Origin: the human T2T-CHM13v2.0 reference genome, Homo sapiens
Assembly: GCF_009914755.1 (NCBI RefSeq)
Contig: NC_060927.1
DNA length: 64,000 nucleotides
Strand: one strand, 5' to 3'
Below are positions 30,328 to 45,197 of this stretch, piece after piece. The stretch's first letter is position 1, and each line of letters opens with the position of its first letter. Under the pieces are notes generated by a model, which saw only the letters and a list, made by a program, of their open reading frames with translations, did not search any database and was not told the origin of the DNA. Both the position numbers and the translations under genes were made by a program.

Positions 30328-33229
30328 TGCTCACATTAAATGCTGTTGTGCTATAGTTCTAGCTATAGTTCTATAGTTTCATAGTTTCTACATAATGAGA
30401 AACTTGGCTAAGTAATTTCTTCCTTTTGGAAAATCTATCCATTAATAGAACATCAGTAAAGGCTGGGAAACATTGTGGTTGAATTAAAAATTAAAATTTA
30501 GATCTTGTATAAGAAGGATGAGTTCTAACAGTGACTTTTATACTTTTTCTTCTGGCAGCTCTAGCTTCTTGTCTTTGACCTTTGTGCTTTAATTTACGTG
30601 CTTGTTAGGAATAAAGTTACTTATTGCTATTCTTGCCAGCTTTATGCCAGGGCCTGGGCCAGCTGTTGTTTAAACATTATCTCTAATGCCTGACAGCACA
30701 ATGTGTGGTAAGTATTGTCATCTTTATTTTGCAGAGCTAGGATAGAAGCCAAATCTCACCAAGTCCCTTATTTTTCCATTATACTATGGTACACACTGTG
30801 TATGGTAAGGCTGTCATAGAATGTCTTTAACTAGATGGCACTGAGGTTTAAAATAATATGTTTCAACAAGTTGGTACTGAATAATGCTTAAGACCACCAT
30901 AAAAATTGTTAAAGAGTAACTGTCTTAATATATATGATTCTCTAATCTAGCTTTTATCTTTTTTGAAGCTTGCATCTAACAAAACCTGCTTTACCCCTTT
31001 CTTGTTTTGTTTGATACTAGAAACAAAATTTATGGAATGAATTTTGGGTATCCAAAAATATTTGTCCTACTTCTTTAGAAAAGTGTAAGTTTCAATCCAA
31101 TGGAGTAATCTAATATGTGAACCTGTTATCAAAACCCGGTGTAAGTGACAGGTTTCAAGTGTTTTAATAAACTCAAAAGTTTAAAGAAAAATAAATTTCT
31201 CCCCAATGTATAGTGAATAACAAGCTATGTTTTGTTTTCTTCAACCTGAGTTGAGAATACGCCACATAATGATAGATCTAGTCCCTTCACATATATTTGA
31301 ACACACATAGTTCAAGACCCAAGTGGATTCTATCAGTTTTCAAATTAAGGCAAAAATTTATGTCTCCAAATTCAGGACTGTTCAAAGGCAGTCTTAGCCA
31401 AGAGACACCTCTGTTATTTTTTCCATGACTGTTTAAATTCCAAATAATAAGACTATATTTTTTTCTGAGCCTGGAAGTCTATGATAATTACACATTGTCT
31501 TTTGATACAGTTTATCTTTAAACAAACTTCAGACAGGTCAGAATAAATTGTTTTAATGTTAGATTGTAACAAATTGCTAGGCATATCATCATGTACTGCA
31601 AATAAATGTACACGTCCACGAAATAGGAAAAATTGGGCAGAGGTGAATTCAACCACCCAGCCATTTACATGAAATAGCATTGCTCAATGCCATTTTTAAC
31701 TTCCAGCTTTGTCTAGATGAGCTCATTCAAGTTCACCTCAGTTGGGTGAACTGAGGAATCTGGAGATTAAGATCCCATGCATGTGTGTGACTGGGTTCAG
31801 TTAGAATAACATTTTCTTCCTGCAGATCATTAATTAGAATGTTTTTAAAGGCAAAACAAAGCACACAAAACACAGTTTGCTGAAAATGATGTTAGTTTAT
31901 TTACTTTGAAAAATCTACTTCTATAAATTCATATACTAAAAAATAAATTAAAAGATAAAAATGATGTCCTAATATATTTCCTATTGAGAAAGCAAAATAA
32001 TTAGCAATCTTCATTAGTTGTCTAGAAAAATAATTTCCTCTTCAAGAAAGTTGCCTCTATTTGCTAAGCTGTTCTAACCAAATTTCCCTTTATCACACAT
32101 GAAATTTAACTGGAAATACTAGTGGTCTGTTCTCACTTGATTTTTCTGCATAAGAGTTTAAAAGGCAGGGTTACTATGTAATCTAGTCTGGTAAATTCTT
32201 TTTTGCCTAGGCAAAAACACCAGTTTACTTGTTAAAGATGATGAAGAGTTAAGTCCAGAGTTCATATCACAATCTTATCCCATGACACTCCCTCCCCCTT
32301 TCACTTGATGAAAATATGCTCATGTGAAGTGAATTCTGAAACTGAATCCGCTGAACATGCTCAGCATTTGGTACCAGATTTGTACTGTGACATTCAAACT
32401 TCTGCCATGGCTATTGCAATGTAAATAGGAAATTCTAAATGTGATTTGAATTGCCCTTTGGGGAGTTTTACAATGAGAGACGGTACATTTCCAAGGTAGC
32501 CCATAGTTAATATGGAGCAAGTCACAGTGGTCGGGTTGGAGACTGTTCTGCTTCGGAGCACAGGTTGACAGGAAACTCTGCACGCCTTCAACCGGACCGA
32601 GGGAATTCGGCGGTTGACATAGCCATGTATAGTTCTGAAATATTTTCTCTTGTTAGAAATGTTTTAAATTAGCCCATGAAAATAAGCACCTTTATTATTC
32701 ACATACAGTGATTCAGTTTGGAGGTGACAGCTGTCTACATGGATCGTAGTGTAGAGATTGGCATAAGCAACGACTGTTTTTTAATTAGCAACAAGCTTTT
32801 GTAATTATTAGAGGTCAGCATTTCCTGTAATTGAATCATGTATGCTAGCAAATATACTCTCACAGCAAGCTGGTGTGCTCAGACCTTTCCCACGAAATGC
32901 AACTATTAGGTACCATCGTGTTGCACACAGAAAATGCATGGTAAGTTCGGATTGTACAAAGATATTTCCAAGATTCTGAAAGAACTACATTCAATGGCAT
33001 TGAATTTTATATATGTTGTGATATTAAATGATATAAAATTCTAGTTCTTTCTACCTATAAATTTAGACGTTGAGACTTTTAAGAAAAGTGCATTGCTGAA
33101 GTTCTCCACAAGAGGGCCATAGCTCCCTCATTCTTTTAAATTTGGATTCAAGCTCAAAAAAAAAAGTAAATGCTATTATTTTCTCCTCAAACTTGTTGTT
33201 TCATGTATCTTATATATATCATAAATATG

Positions 33230-33830
33230 TGATAATAAGAATAATTTGAAAAAATGATGGATGCATAAGTGTGTACAGTGAAAGATTCCCTGCTGGTTTC
33301 CCCCTCCCCCCTCAAACTTAACCACCTTTAAAGTGTGCTGGGGTTCTTTCCACATTTAAGCTTATCATGTATTTTTTATTTTACACAATGTGATTGCACT
33401 AAAGATTTATTTTATGTTTTGCTTCTTTGTTTATTCACTAAACCATACATTTAGGCATCTTTCTATTATCAGTCTACACAGACCTGCCTTTTCTTGTATA
33501 TGGTTTCAGAGTATTATTTTGTATGTCTCTAAAATGCATTAATAAATCCCCTACAGATAAATATTTAGACTATTTTTAGTCTTTTGCTATTAAAAACAAT
33601 GCTGCAGTTAAAAATCTTGCATTTATTTCTTTGCACAGGTATAATTTCTCTGCATGTTAAATTCCCTAGCTGCATAATTATAAAGCTTGTTTACTTAAAA
33701 CTGTGTCTATCCCCCTCAGAAAAGATGGTTTCACTGAATTACACTCACACCATATAGGTGTGAGAAGTACTTTTAGCTCTGACTCTGACAAATACTGTGT
33801 ACGTCAAACCTTGTAATCTTTGCCAGTCTA
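33230..33830 (-). mobile_element. Old L1ME 3' fragment
   Basis: ttttgctatt..aacaatgctgcagt motif. Confidence 0.5.
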
Positions 33831-36020
33831 TGAAAGGAAAAAAATAATATCTTGGCAGTAGTTAAAAGTTCTAGGTCTGTGATAACTTTCTCCAATTAAT
33901 TATTTAACTATCCCAATTAAATTTTTTTTACTTTCAAAACTGTGTTTCACAAATTTTATCAAAGATGGAAGCAGAGTGACCAGAAAAGACATCACTGGGC
34001 AAACTGACCTGGCTTCCATAAACTAGTGAGAGTAAAACCAGTGCTATATCTAAGTAAGTGCTTAGTAGTTGCTACAATAATTTTATATCATTTGAAAATT
34101 TTTGTTTATTATAAAAACTGTATAAAATACGGTGGTCAGACATTAGTATTCCTATCATACAAATTAGACTGAATATTTGGACAATGTTCTTTTTACTTCT
34201 TCGTTATTATGATCATCAATTTAAAGAACTTCAATAAAGAAACTTGAAGTTTCTTATCTAAATTTTACTTAACCTTCCAAGCCTGTTTTTTCCTTTCTCC
34301 TTAGAGAATGTCTATCACAATTTGCCCATTCTTTTCTTTTCATTCTAAGCTACAACACCCACCCTTTCCTCTCAGTTTTTAGCAAAGAACAAAATGCCCA
34401 GAATTGAAATGTCAAGTATTTTTTTCCTAACAAAATATTTTTATTACTAGATTAAATATACACCCAAAGTAGCAGATTGAAAATAATTACAACAGAAGCT
34501 GGCTAGTTTACTGAACCAGCTTTGTTCACTTTCCTTGGAGGAAAAACTGGTTATTTCAGTGATAGCCATATATATTATACATGACCTAAAACTATCCCAT
34601 CAAGTGACAAGCCCATTTTGGAAAAGCGCAAAGCAGGCAAGGCATATCTACTGCCATTGCAACCATCCCCATATTTTTCCCATCTGAGTGCTTCTTTCCT
34701 CCTTTCCCCTGCCACCTAACTATGTTTAGTTTTGTCCCAGCAATCTCTACAGGGAGTGAAATATTCTGATTTTTCATATTAGTTGAATATATCTACTGAG
34801 GTGTGGAGGGTGCCTCAAAGGAGAGCTTCTCTTAAGGGAATACTTTAAGGAGTGGTGAGCAGGAGATGTGTTTTCAAGCACTGAATATTTCATAAGTGGT
34901 TTCTGTGCCTGCTTGCATGGACCATCTCTGGCTCTATGTAAATGCAAAATGCCAGATGTAGAAAAATAAGATAGTAAAGAAGTATTAGAGGTACTAGAGT
35001 AACACTGTCTTTTTGTTTGTTTGTTTTTATGTTATGGTTTGTGTTTTCTCTGGGTGTTTCGTTTGATTGTTTTTGTTTTATTTTGTTTTTGTCACTTATA
35101 CTTCAAGCTTTAGAATAGTATGTTCTAAATCCACATTCCAGCTTTTGTGGATATGTGGATTTTGTTAGACTTTGGCTGGTGCTGAGGACACAGCCCCTCC
35201 TTCCTGTCTCCTAACCCAACCAGATAAGAATCAGTGTAACTTACATGCCTCAATCATTTCTTATTTTGAGATCTCTGAATTTTTAGGTTGTCCTATTTCC
35301 ATTTTTTGTTATTAACTAAATTATTTGAGAAAAAGGAGATGAAATGAAGTGGGATTGTTATTATTAGCCGTCAATTTGTGAACTTCAAAATATGGCATTG
35401 CTACAAAAGGAAAATACATATGAACCAGGAAAAATGAGTTAGTTATATATATGGATATGGTTTTTGTTTGTGAGAAATGAGTTATGTATATGGGATGAAT
35501 TCCTGAGTGTGAATGTTGTTATAAAAGTAATAATTTAATAAAAATGCATTTATACAAATCAGAAAGAAAAGAGACTTGTATAGATAAACCAGAATTTATT
35601 TCATCCTTGTGCTGTAGTTTTTGTGTTGAAAAATGTGATTTTGGATTAAAAGCTCCAGCTGTGCAGTAATGTCTTATCAGTTGTGTAGCAATGTCTTATC
35701 AGTTGTGTAAAATAACCTTTGGACTGAATATTTCTTAATCATTCTATATTCTCCATAACATATATTGTGCATAAAATTCTCCATGCTTCATGTTAGAGAT
35801 GTAATGAATAATTTGACAGAGGGTCAAATGCTTTTAAACACGATTGACGAAACTATTTTTAAAAATTAAAGGTTTCCAAGTGGTTGAAAAGTATATGCCC
35901 AGAAGCCTAGAAACAGAGTTGGTTCATTTGCCAGATACTAAAAAAGTACACAGAAACAGGTTCTATATTAAAGGAAAAAGAGAGAGAGAAAGAAGCTGAT
36001 TTGTTATTTTCCATTTTCAA

Positions 36021-36135
36021 CTTGTTCAGGTGGATTTTTGTGGCTGGAATTGTCATCAAGTGTGTGACTGTCGCTCTATCTGAGGGGCTCCTCACTGCCT
36101 CCCTGCCTGGGCTGGAGTCAAAGACAGCAATAGAA
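36021..36135 (+). pseudogene. Disrupted EGF-repeat exon, xCSGGF-fs-CGWNCHQVCDCRSI*GAPHCLPAWAGVK
   Basis: Polypyrimidine tract with acceptor mutated to AA (ttttcaa|ct tgt). GWNCHQVCDC and HCLPAWAG motifs, with an internal deletion. Confidence 0.78.
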
Positions 36136-36566
36136 TAGACAGAGCAGTTCCACCTGATGAACATGGGGGTGTCACACTTGTAGGTTTCAACTCCTCCCAT
36201 ATTATCCAATAAATTCTTTAGTTAAAAATGAATACAATTCTGGTTAATGAACACACATTCAAATAAGAAGTTTCTTACATGCTATTCTAGTGTCAACTTG
36301 CAAAATATCTTCTTTAAAAACATCTTTACATTGATATTTTGGGAAAGAATCTGTATAGTTCCAATCGTTTAAATGACAGCCTCTACCTCATACCATGGAG
36401 TAGCTAATCAGTTCAATGATTCAAAAGAAAAAAATCAGACCAGTTAGGGTGGGCAAAATAATCAGATGAAAAATTGAAATTTTTATGTTTCAACCAGCGC
36501 TTTTGACAGCAGGTTGATAAGGTCACATAAGAGGTACATGAATGTATTGGCATCCTTAGTTGTGTT

Positions 36567-36710
36567 TGTATCCTGCTAGTATCCTTCGGTGCATGTGCAT
36601 GCTGTTAGCATACTCAGGTGTGCTTGAATGCCACGTTCTATTAAGTTGCATTCTCCAGAGGCACAAAGAAATGCCGATGTGCTTCTAAGTAACTAGCTTG
36701 TACAAATGTT
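36567..36710 (+). pseudogene. Decayed EGF-repeat exon candidate, CILLVSFGACACC*HTQVCLNATFY*VAFSRGTKKCRCAS
   Basis: FGA..C*HTxxCLN and KCRCA in one frame, 430 bp after the 36021 exon. Splice sites are not recognisable. Confidence 0.45.
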
Positions 36711-37293
36711 TAAACACTTTAAATTTCACAAGAGCTTACACTTTGGCAAGCTATTAAAAGGGGAAATATCTGTAGTGTTTCTGGGACATATCATCTTCAG
36801 TTGGAAACATTGGATTATAAAGTATTTTGGGAAGAGCTTTCTGAAGGGCTTATTTGCTGTTTGTGTAGAAAAATATTTTTCTAGCATAATTTTCAATAAT
36901 GTTTTACAAAACCATTACTTTTATAGAGACACCAAGAGTAATAATATTGAATCATCATGCACACAGACTCATAACAGAGTCCTACCCTCTCCCAGGTCTG
37001 AAGCAGAAAAGTAAATAACAAATACGACCTTCTAAAATATTGGAATCAGTGTTATCTTTTATCGATCTTAAACTTTTTCAACATTTAATTTCGATTTAGT
37101 TTGGTTTTAAAAACTGGATTTTATTCCAAGGCTGGAAGCTTTATGGTTTCATAATGTGATTTCTAAAGAATTTGGAGCGGGAGTGAATGTCTGGGAGCAC
37201 CTCCAATCTGAATGCTATGATCAAATAGATGCCTATGGAAATAAAGATTCTACTGCAGCATCATGAACTGCATACATTTTGGACAGAGGCTTA

Positions 37294-37992
<699 letters not shown>

Positions 37993-40900
37993 TCACATAT
38001 ACTTCATTTGAGTATATAATGAAGTGAATGCAATAAATATGAACAATTTAACAAACTTTTGCTCATATATTGGAAAAGTAAAAAGAAACCTCAAAACTGA
38101 ATTTTATAAGCATTTCAAAAAATCATAAATGCATTTTAATTTCTACCTCTAGTTTCTAGCTAAAACTCAGTGGAAAAAGTAGAGTTGGTATCTTACACCA
38201 AAAGCAATAATGACCTGTTATTATTGAAACTTCCAAGTCTTTCTTTTCCTCAGTTATGGATCCACACTGCCTCAATTCAGTTCAACCAACATTTAAGGAA
38301 ATTGCAGTCTAACTCATGACATGATGAAATTTAACGTAATTGTAAAATTTTTATTTGAAGATCATGTTTGGCCCGGCCTTAGCTCCTGCCTAACCAACTT
38401 CACTACACCGCTTTCACTTACCAAAATTGCTTGTCTTTTCCAGACCAAATTCTTTCCCCTTGTCTCACTGTTAGCGACCTTTTTGCTCCCACCCCTCTTA
38501 TCTTGATCTAAATCTTGCAAGTAAACCCACTACAAAATATAAATAACTGATTTCATTTGGTTGCAGCAAGGAAGTTGAGACAATATTACTTACATTTCTG
38601 GATAGTTTCCCTTTTGTTGTTTCACTCATAATCAGAAAAACTTTGTTCCCAAGAACTATGCAATTAGCAAGCTCTCAGAATGACCCTATTTATTCATCAA
38701 ACTATTTGAACCTATGGCAAAGTTTGTTCCTTCGTATTTTATTAAACTCAATTAAGTAATGGGGTCTTTTGTCATCAGTTTCAACTTCATCTTCCGAGGA
38801 AAACCCACTGCACTTTGCAGTTTGTAAGATGCCAACCATTCATTGCTTTGTGGTGTTGAAGGTAATTTGATTTATGTCTTGCTCCAGTTAAGATGCCCAG
38901 GTCTTTAAGCATTTTTGACTCAGAGTTAGAGACTAAGGTCAAGTTAACAATGGTAATCTGTCTCTCTGTTTGCAAACAATGAATCATCATTTGGATTTTA
39001 AGATTGTATGGTAAGCTTTGACTTGGCAGCTTGGTTCAAAGGTTGTCAGCAAAATGTATAACAGTGGCCTGTTTCTGGAACCTCTGATCATAGACGGCAA
39101 GGATTTTCTAACAAGGCCACCAATATAGTTGTGAATAATTGGTAAGAAGGGGGTGTGGTTAAAGAAACATTAGTCCCATGCCCAAGTTACACTGGATTGA
39201 TTTGATCCAGACTTAATAATATTAAAAGCTTCTCTAGTCATTCCCGGGACACAAACGATAATGCTTTCAAATTATTAAGAAAGACTATGACTTATTCAGG
39301 ACAATATGTAAAAAGAGACTGATAAAATGAAGTACATAGTTCATTTCAATTTCTTACTTTAGACCAAGTAAACTGCCACTAGGAAGGGAGAGAGCTTCAT
39401 TGAGAGTTATAGTATTTTATTACTAATTGAATTGGAGTTTATTTTGAAGAGTTGGCAGTTAAAGTAGCTGAAGTTGAGATTAACAATTCATAAAAGTTAG
39501 GGGCCAATTTCCTCAAACATCTTGTTCTTATTCGTAAGGAATTCAGACAAAGAAGTGACTGAAATAAAGAAAACCCTGAGATCTGGTCAACTTTGAGCTT
39601 TTCCCACATAACCTTAGTACATATGGCATATTAATTATTGAATTAATATTTGCAAATTGAGTGAATGAATCTTTATAAAATACTTATGTGTGAATCTTTG
39701 TATCTTTCTTTAAAATACCAGTGTCAAGAAAAGGACATATGTTTTCACAAGCCGTGATCTGAAAGCATGATTCTATGATTTGAACTGACAAGAATCTACT
39801 TACTCTCCTGTGGTTATTTGATTGTATTGCATCATGCAAAGTAACATTAACTGGTACTTTTATAGTTCTATTTTTTTCCATTTATTTATCCATAGTGATA
39901 AAGAGGGGATAATACTCAAATGGCCAAACAGAACCTGCGCAGGTCAGAATTTGAGCTGGTCACTGATAAAGAAATTTCATTAGTATATTGGATTATCATT
40001 TGTTGACTTTCACTTGACCTTCATGATGATATAAAGAAATCTTTTTATTAAAGATTTATTTTATATGGATACTCAAAATTAACATTCCAGGACCATAGCA
40101 AAAAAGCAAGTGCCTCTCTCTGGTAGCAGCTCTGAAAAGAGGAGATAGTTACTATTAATTATGCTGCTTTTACCTCCCATATTCTGTAAGTATTCTAAAT
40201 GTATTCTTGCATATACATTTAAGGGAGTATTAAGATTCTTGAGCTGAATCACAAACACTCAGGTATTTTGGATTCAAGGGCTTCTTTCCTACTAAGTAAG
40301 CACCTCCTCTTCCTGGCCCCTTCTTGTCTAATTAACATATTGCTCATTACCTAGTCTGTTTGGGTTCTAAATGGGTATTGCTAACACTTTCATTACATTT
40401 CGAAGGAGAATTCTTGCTTCAAGTATGACTGCTGCAATCTACTAACTCAGGGCATTGAACATGGGTGTTCCTTTTTTGTGTACAACTCCTGTCCTTTAAA
40501 TTCCACATATCTTGAAGAAAGTCGTTCCTGGTGACATAGCATTTCAAACTTAATGCCTAATTGTTTCATAGAAAAGAAAATTATAGGATCTAATCTAACT
40601 TGTTAGTTACTATGGTTTTACATATAGCAGGACCAACTTGTTATATATGCATACGGAGTAGATTGTACCAGATTTCTGTTATTAGTGATGCTTTACTGAT
40701 CATTTTTGTTTCAAAAATATTTTAATTTTAATACTAAATGGAGCCATGGAAATTACAGAAGGCAATATGGTCCTCAGAGATGAGGTAACATTTTTAGGGT
40801 AACACAGGCAAGAATCAATAACTCTCAGCCGTCTTTCTAGACCTCTTCTCACTGAACTATACTGATTCTTTGAAATGAAGTAAGGACATGGGTCATAGAT

Positions 40901-42785
40901 CCTTCTGCAAGTGCCCATAAATCAATATTGTATGTTCATAGTCTCCTGTTAGTGTACTTGTAGTAATTTCTGGGACACAGTATCTTATCATGAGTGAGAA
41001 TGCTGACTCTGATTGTATAAACTTTGGACCAATGACTTCACATTCGTTTCCTTACTTTCCTCTGTAAAATGAAAATAATAATAGTTGTTCCCTCAAGCGG
41101 TTGTTTTGGTCATCAAATGAGATAATACAAGCAGAGAGTTTAGAACAATGCCTGACACATAGTAGATACTCAGAAAATGTCAACTATTTTCATTGTGATC
41201 CTTTCCTCTAGTCTCCATGGCATTCATTTGTTAAACTGATATCTGGTCATTTTTACCTTCTATTTCTGCAAAGTTCTCTTTTACCCCTTCCTCCCTTGAG
41301 TTCATGCATTCTGAAAATTTGCTGAAGGTTAGTATCCTCACCACAGGTATTTTGACCATGCTACTTATTTTTGCCTTTTAGCAACTGGACAAAATACAAG
41401 AAAAAATGGAAAACATGCATGAATAAATTAACCCTTGGTTTTACTGGATGGGTATATATCTTCCAGGAGTATTCATATAATCTATTAGCATTATATTAAA
41501 ATTTTAATATTTCAGAATTTAGATTCATTGTTCAGTTTTTGTCTGGAGCACTGATAGGGGAAACTATTGCTAGGTATTTATGGGCACTATCCACACATTG
41601 GGAGGATGGCAACTACCAAATTTCACAAATGAGACAGCAGCTGTCATCAGTGCCCTTGGGGATGCCATGCTAACAATAGTAAATAAGGTGCCCATTGCAA
41701 AAAGGAACATTATCACTTTGAATTCAGCACTGAAACACTATGAACATTTCCTTAGAGATTGTTCCCTAGATGAGCATATACTCAGAAAACAAGCCTAAAA
41801 GGAATGAACCAGGTAGAGCTTATTTTCAGGACCTGTCCTAGAGCCATGGCCTTAGGACCATCCCTCTTTTCTGATACACATGCTCATGTTGCTTCCCAAC
41901 CTTCAGCCCCCAGAACATCCACAATCTGTATCTCTTACAATGCCTCTGCTCTGTCTTGTGCCTTCCCTATCCAGTGCTCCTACTTAAAAGGCAAGCTGAA
42001 AAAGCTTGTTTTTATAAACATAAGGAAGTCAACATGTTGATTCAGATGTGACTATTTGCTGTAGCCTTCTAAAGTCAATGTCTTAATATTTTTAATCTAT
42101 TCATAACTAGAATGTGAGAATCTTAGGCCATTTTAGAAGAGCAAGGTCATATGGCAAGAATAAACAATGACAACAAACAATGGAATAAATATTTAGGAAC
42201 AGATAGAGCCTCTCCTCTGGTTTCTTACACAATCTGTCATCAGTACTTTCCGTAACACCTCAAAAAGATCTTTTGGCATAGCTTCTGTCCCCATTCTTTT
42301 CAAGATATCTGGTTCTGCTTCATGTTGTCTCTTGCTGGAATGCTGGCAATGGCCCCAATTGGGCTATCATCCTCCAATCCAATATGCACATTGTCATCAG
42401 TCTGATCATGACATTCCTATGGCTACCTACGCACCTAAGATTAAGCCTTCAGCAAGGTGTTAAAAACCCGTCACTTTTAAGGAATCACACAACTCTCCAA
42501 CATCAAACGTGTCCCTAAATCCTGTCCTCTAGCCATGAAGCAAATGTAATTATCACTTTGAATAAAACACTTTACTTATTTACACTGTTTCTTCTGACTG
42601 GTGAATTTCTATTCACTCTTCTAGCCCCAATTCTAATGCTACCATGTAAGGACACCCTGATTCCCTCCTGATGGTGTTGACTATTATTTAGGATGCTTTC
42701 ATCCTTTTTACAAGTCTCTGTTAGTAGCACTTGTCAGATTGTTCTGTGTTAATTTTTCACGTATCTTCCTGAATCAGTCTATTGA

Positions 42786-43066
<281 letters not shown>

Positions 43067-43954
43067 ACAACACTAATTTTATTCAATTTTATGTCATCAG
43101 CGTCAAGCACAGGACCGTGATCCATAGTAAATATTGAATAATTGTTTAATAAGCAAATGAACATGTAAACACACCATACAGGGAGCCAGTGTTCTGTCTT
43201 TTTATAGAGCAAGCTTTTTACACAATTATGTATATTGTACTAGAGAAGTTTGCCTGCTTGCCTGCCTGCCTCCCTTCTTTTCTTTCTTTTTTCTTTCCTT
43301 TCTCTATCCTCCAAGCATTGATTGAGTGCCTTCAGTATTTTAGGTTCTATGTAAGGTGTCAGATGCATTGAGAAAACTAAAACGTTGCCTCCCTCCTAGA
43401 AGTGTTCTCAATTTTAATGTGAAGGAAAACAGTAAAGTAATAATAAACTTTGGGTACCAATAGTTTCACAGGAACCCCCTCCATGGTTGTAATTGAACTG
43501 TTGAGTTGTCCTCTGCTCTCTAAAGGTCAACTTTTGAGATGAGCTTTGAGAGCAAATGGAGACCTCCTTATAGTGCCTTGATACATTAGCATGTGCAAAA
43601 ACCATTGATAGAACCAATGTCTCAGTTGTTTCTGGAGAATAGTATCTGATGTTGAGGATAAAAAGTGCATTGTCCTGAAGGTCCACATGCCTGGGTTCTA
43701 GTTCTAGCTTTGCTACTAATTAGCTATGCCCTTGATTCAGTGATTCAATCTATTGCATATCTTATATCTGTAGATTGAGGGTGCTGGTCTAGACTCCAGA
43801 TCAATGAATCTCAACTAACAGTTAAATTACAGGATTCAAAAACATGTATACATTAAATTTATATTTGACATAAATATACATTTATATTTATAGCTAATAA
43901 AAATAATTATCTATTGGACATTATTTATTGGATGACTAATTAGGAAACATAATT

Positions 43955-44188
43955 TTATATGTATGTGTGTGTATATATATATAAAACTGTTTCCTAATTA
44001 GCCATCTAGTATATATAGTGTATGTGTATATATATATACACACACACACACACACAGTGTGTATGTATCTATAGTGTATAGCATATAGTGTGTATATATG
44101 TAGGTATGTATATATAGTGGATAGTGTATGTGTGTGTATATATATATATACACACACACAGAGACACATATATATGTATATATGTACA
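43955..44188. repeat. TA/TG/CA compound microsatellite
   Basis: Alternating purine-pyrimidine runs. Confidence 0.85.
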
Positions 44189-45068
44189 ATTTCCACCAAA
44201 GAGTCACTAAGTTAGAATCACCCAGGGGAGGCCAGGCCATGCATTTTTAGCAAAAAGCTTGCCAGTGATTCCGAGAGACACTGGCCTGAGCTAAATCTAT
44301 TCTCCATGATATCATGATATATTTGAGGTCTCTGGGCCTCTACTTCTGTCTGTCTGGCAGGCCCCCACCCTCATGGAGCTGTGGAGACTCTCATCCCACT
44401 CCAGTCTTTCTCCTTTAATAGGCTGTGAGAACTAGGAACATTGTTTCAAGAAACAATCAGATCAGTAGCTGACATCATAGGTCTTCCTGAAAGAAAGGAA
44501 AGAGATGCAGAGCAGAGATAAGACCAAAAAAGTCCCCAAATGCACATGGGCTGCTGGTAATCACAGCTAGCACTGAGGCTATCTGCAACTTCTTGAACTT
44601 TAAGAGGGACCCAGTCATTCTGGTGTCCTGACTCCCAAGTATTTATTCTCTGACTGAGGCATAAAGATCCGGGTGAGCTAATGCATCATCCGATGAAAAA
44701 TGAACAATTAAAACAATGAAGTTGTCGGTTCTTTTACCAGATTGCAAATAAATAACCTGCCTGTCAGACTGGCTGCTCTGCTGGACCATTAGTTTAATAC
44801 AAAGACATTCTGAGGAACGGGTGGATGACAGCTGATCTATCACCCCAGTGGTTCCAGGCCTTTGATAAAGACCTGAGCAAAAAATGCTGTCATAAACCAC
44901 AAAAGGTCAATCCCAATTTGTGGGAAGCAAAGTATTAAATGAAATTTGAATACACCCCTCTGCCCATCATGAAAGCCATAGGCTTTTTTTTTTTTTTTTA
45001 ACCGGCAGGGTGTTGGATAGTTCTTTTAACAAACCGAAACACTTTTCTTTCTGCATATGCTTATTTAG

Positions 45069-45197
45069 CTTGTTAGAGACATTGTGCTGGTATATATGGC
45101 CATGGAGTTTGTAATTGCCACAGTGGAGGGAATGTGATCTTAGACTCCACAATGTATCTTCTTGCCAGGCTGAACAGGGTCTTACTACAAGGTGGTA
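45069..45197 (+). pseudogene. Disrupted EGF-repeat exon, xC*RHCAGIYGHGVCNCHSGG-fs-CDLRLH-fs-CIFLPG*TGSYYK
   Basis: tttag|ct tgt acceptor, correct Cys/Gly spacing, LPG*TG motif, and gtaaga at 45198 (span 129 bp). Confidence 0.82.

Noticed and set aside
31707-31810. ccag|ct..CMCVTGFS as an EGF exon, with a small gttcacc/ggtgaac hairpin
   Set aside because: Only the terminal motifs fit, the spacing is too short, and the hairpin is within chance expectation.
44740-44866. accag|at tgc.. reading as an EGF exon
   Set aside because: Only one expected Cys is actually present.
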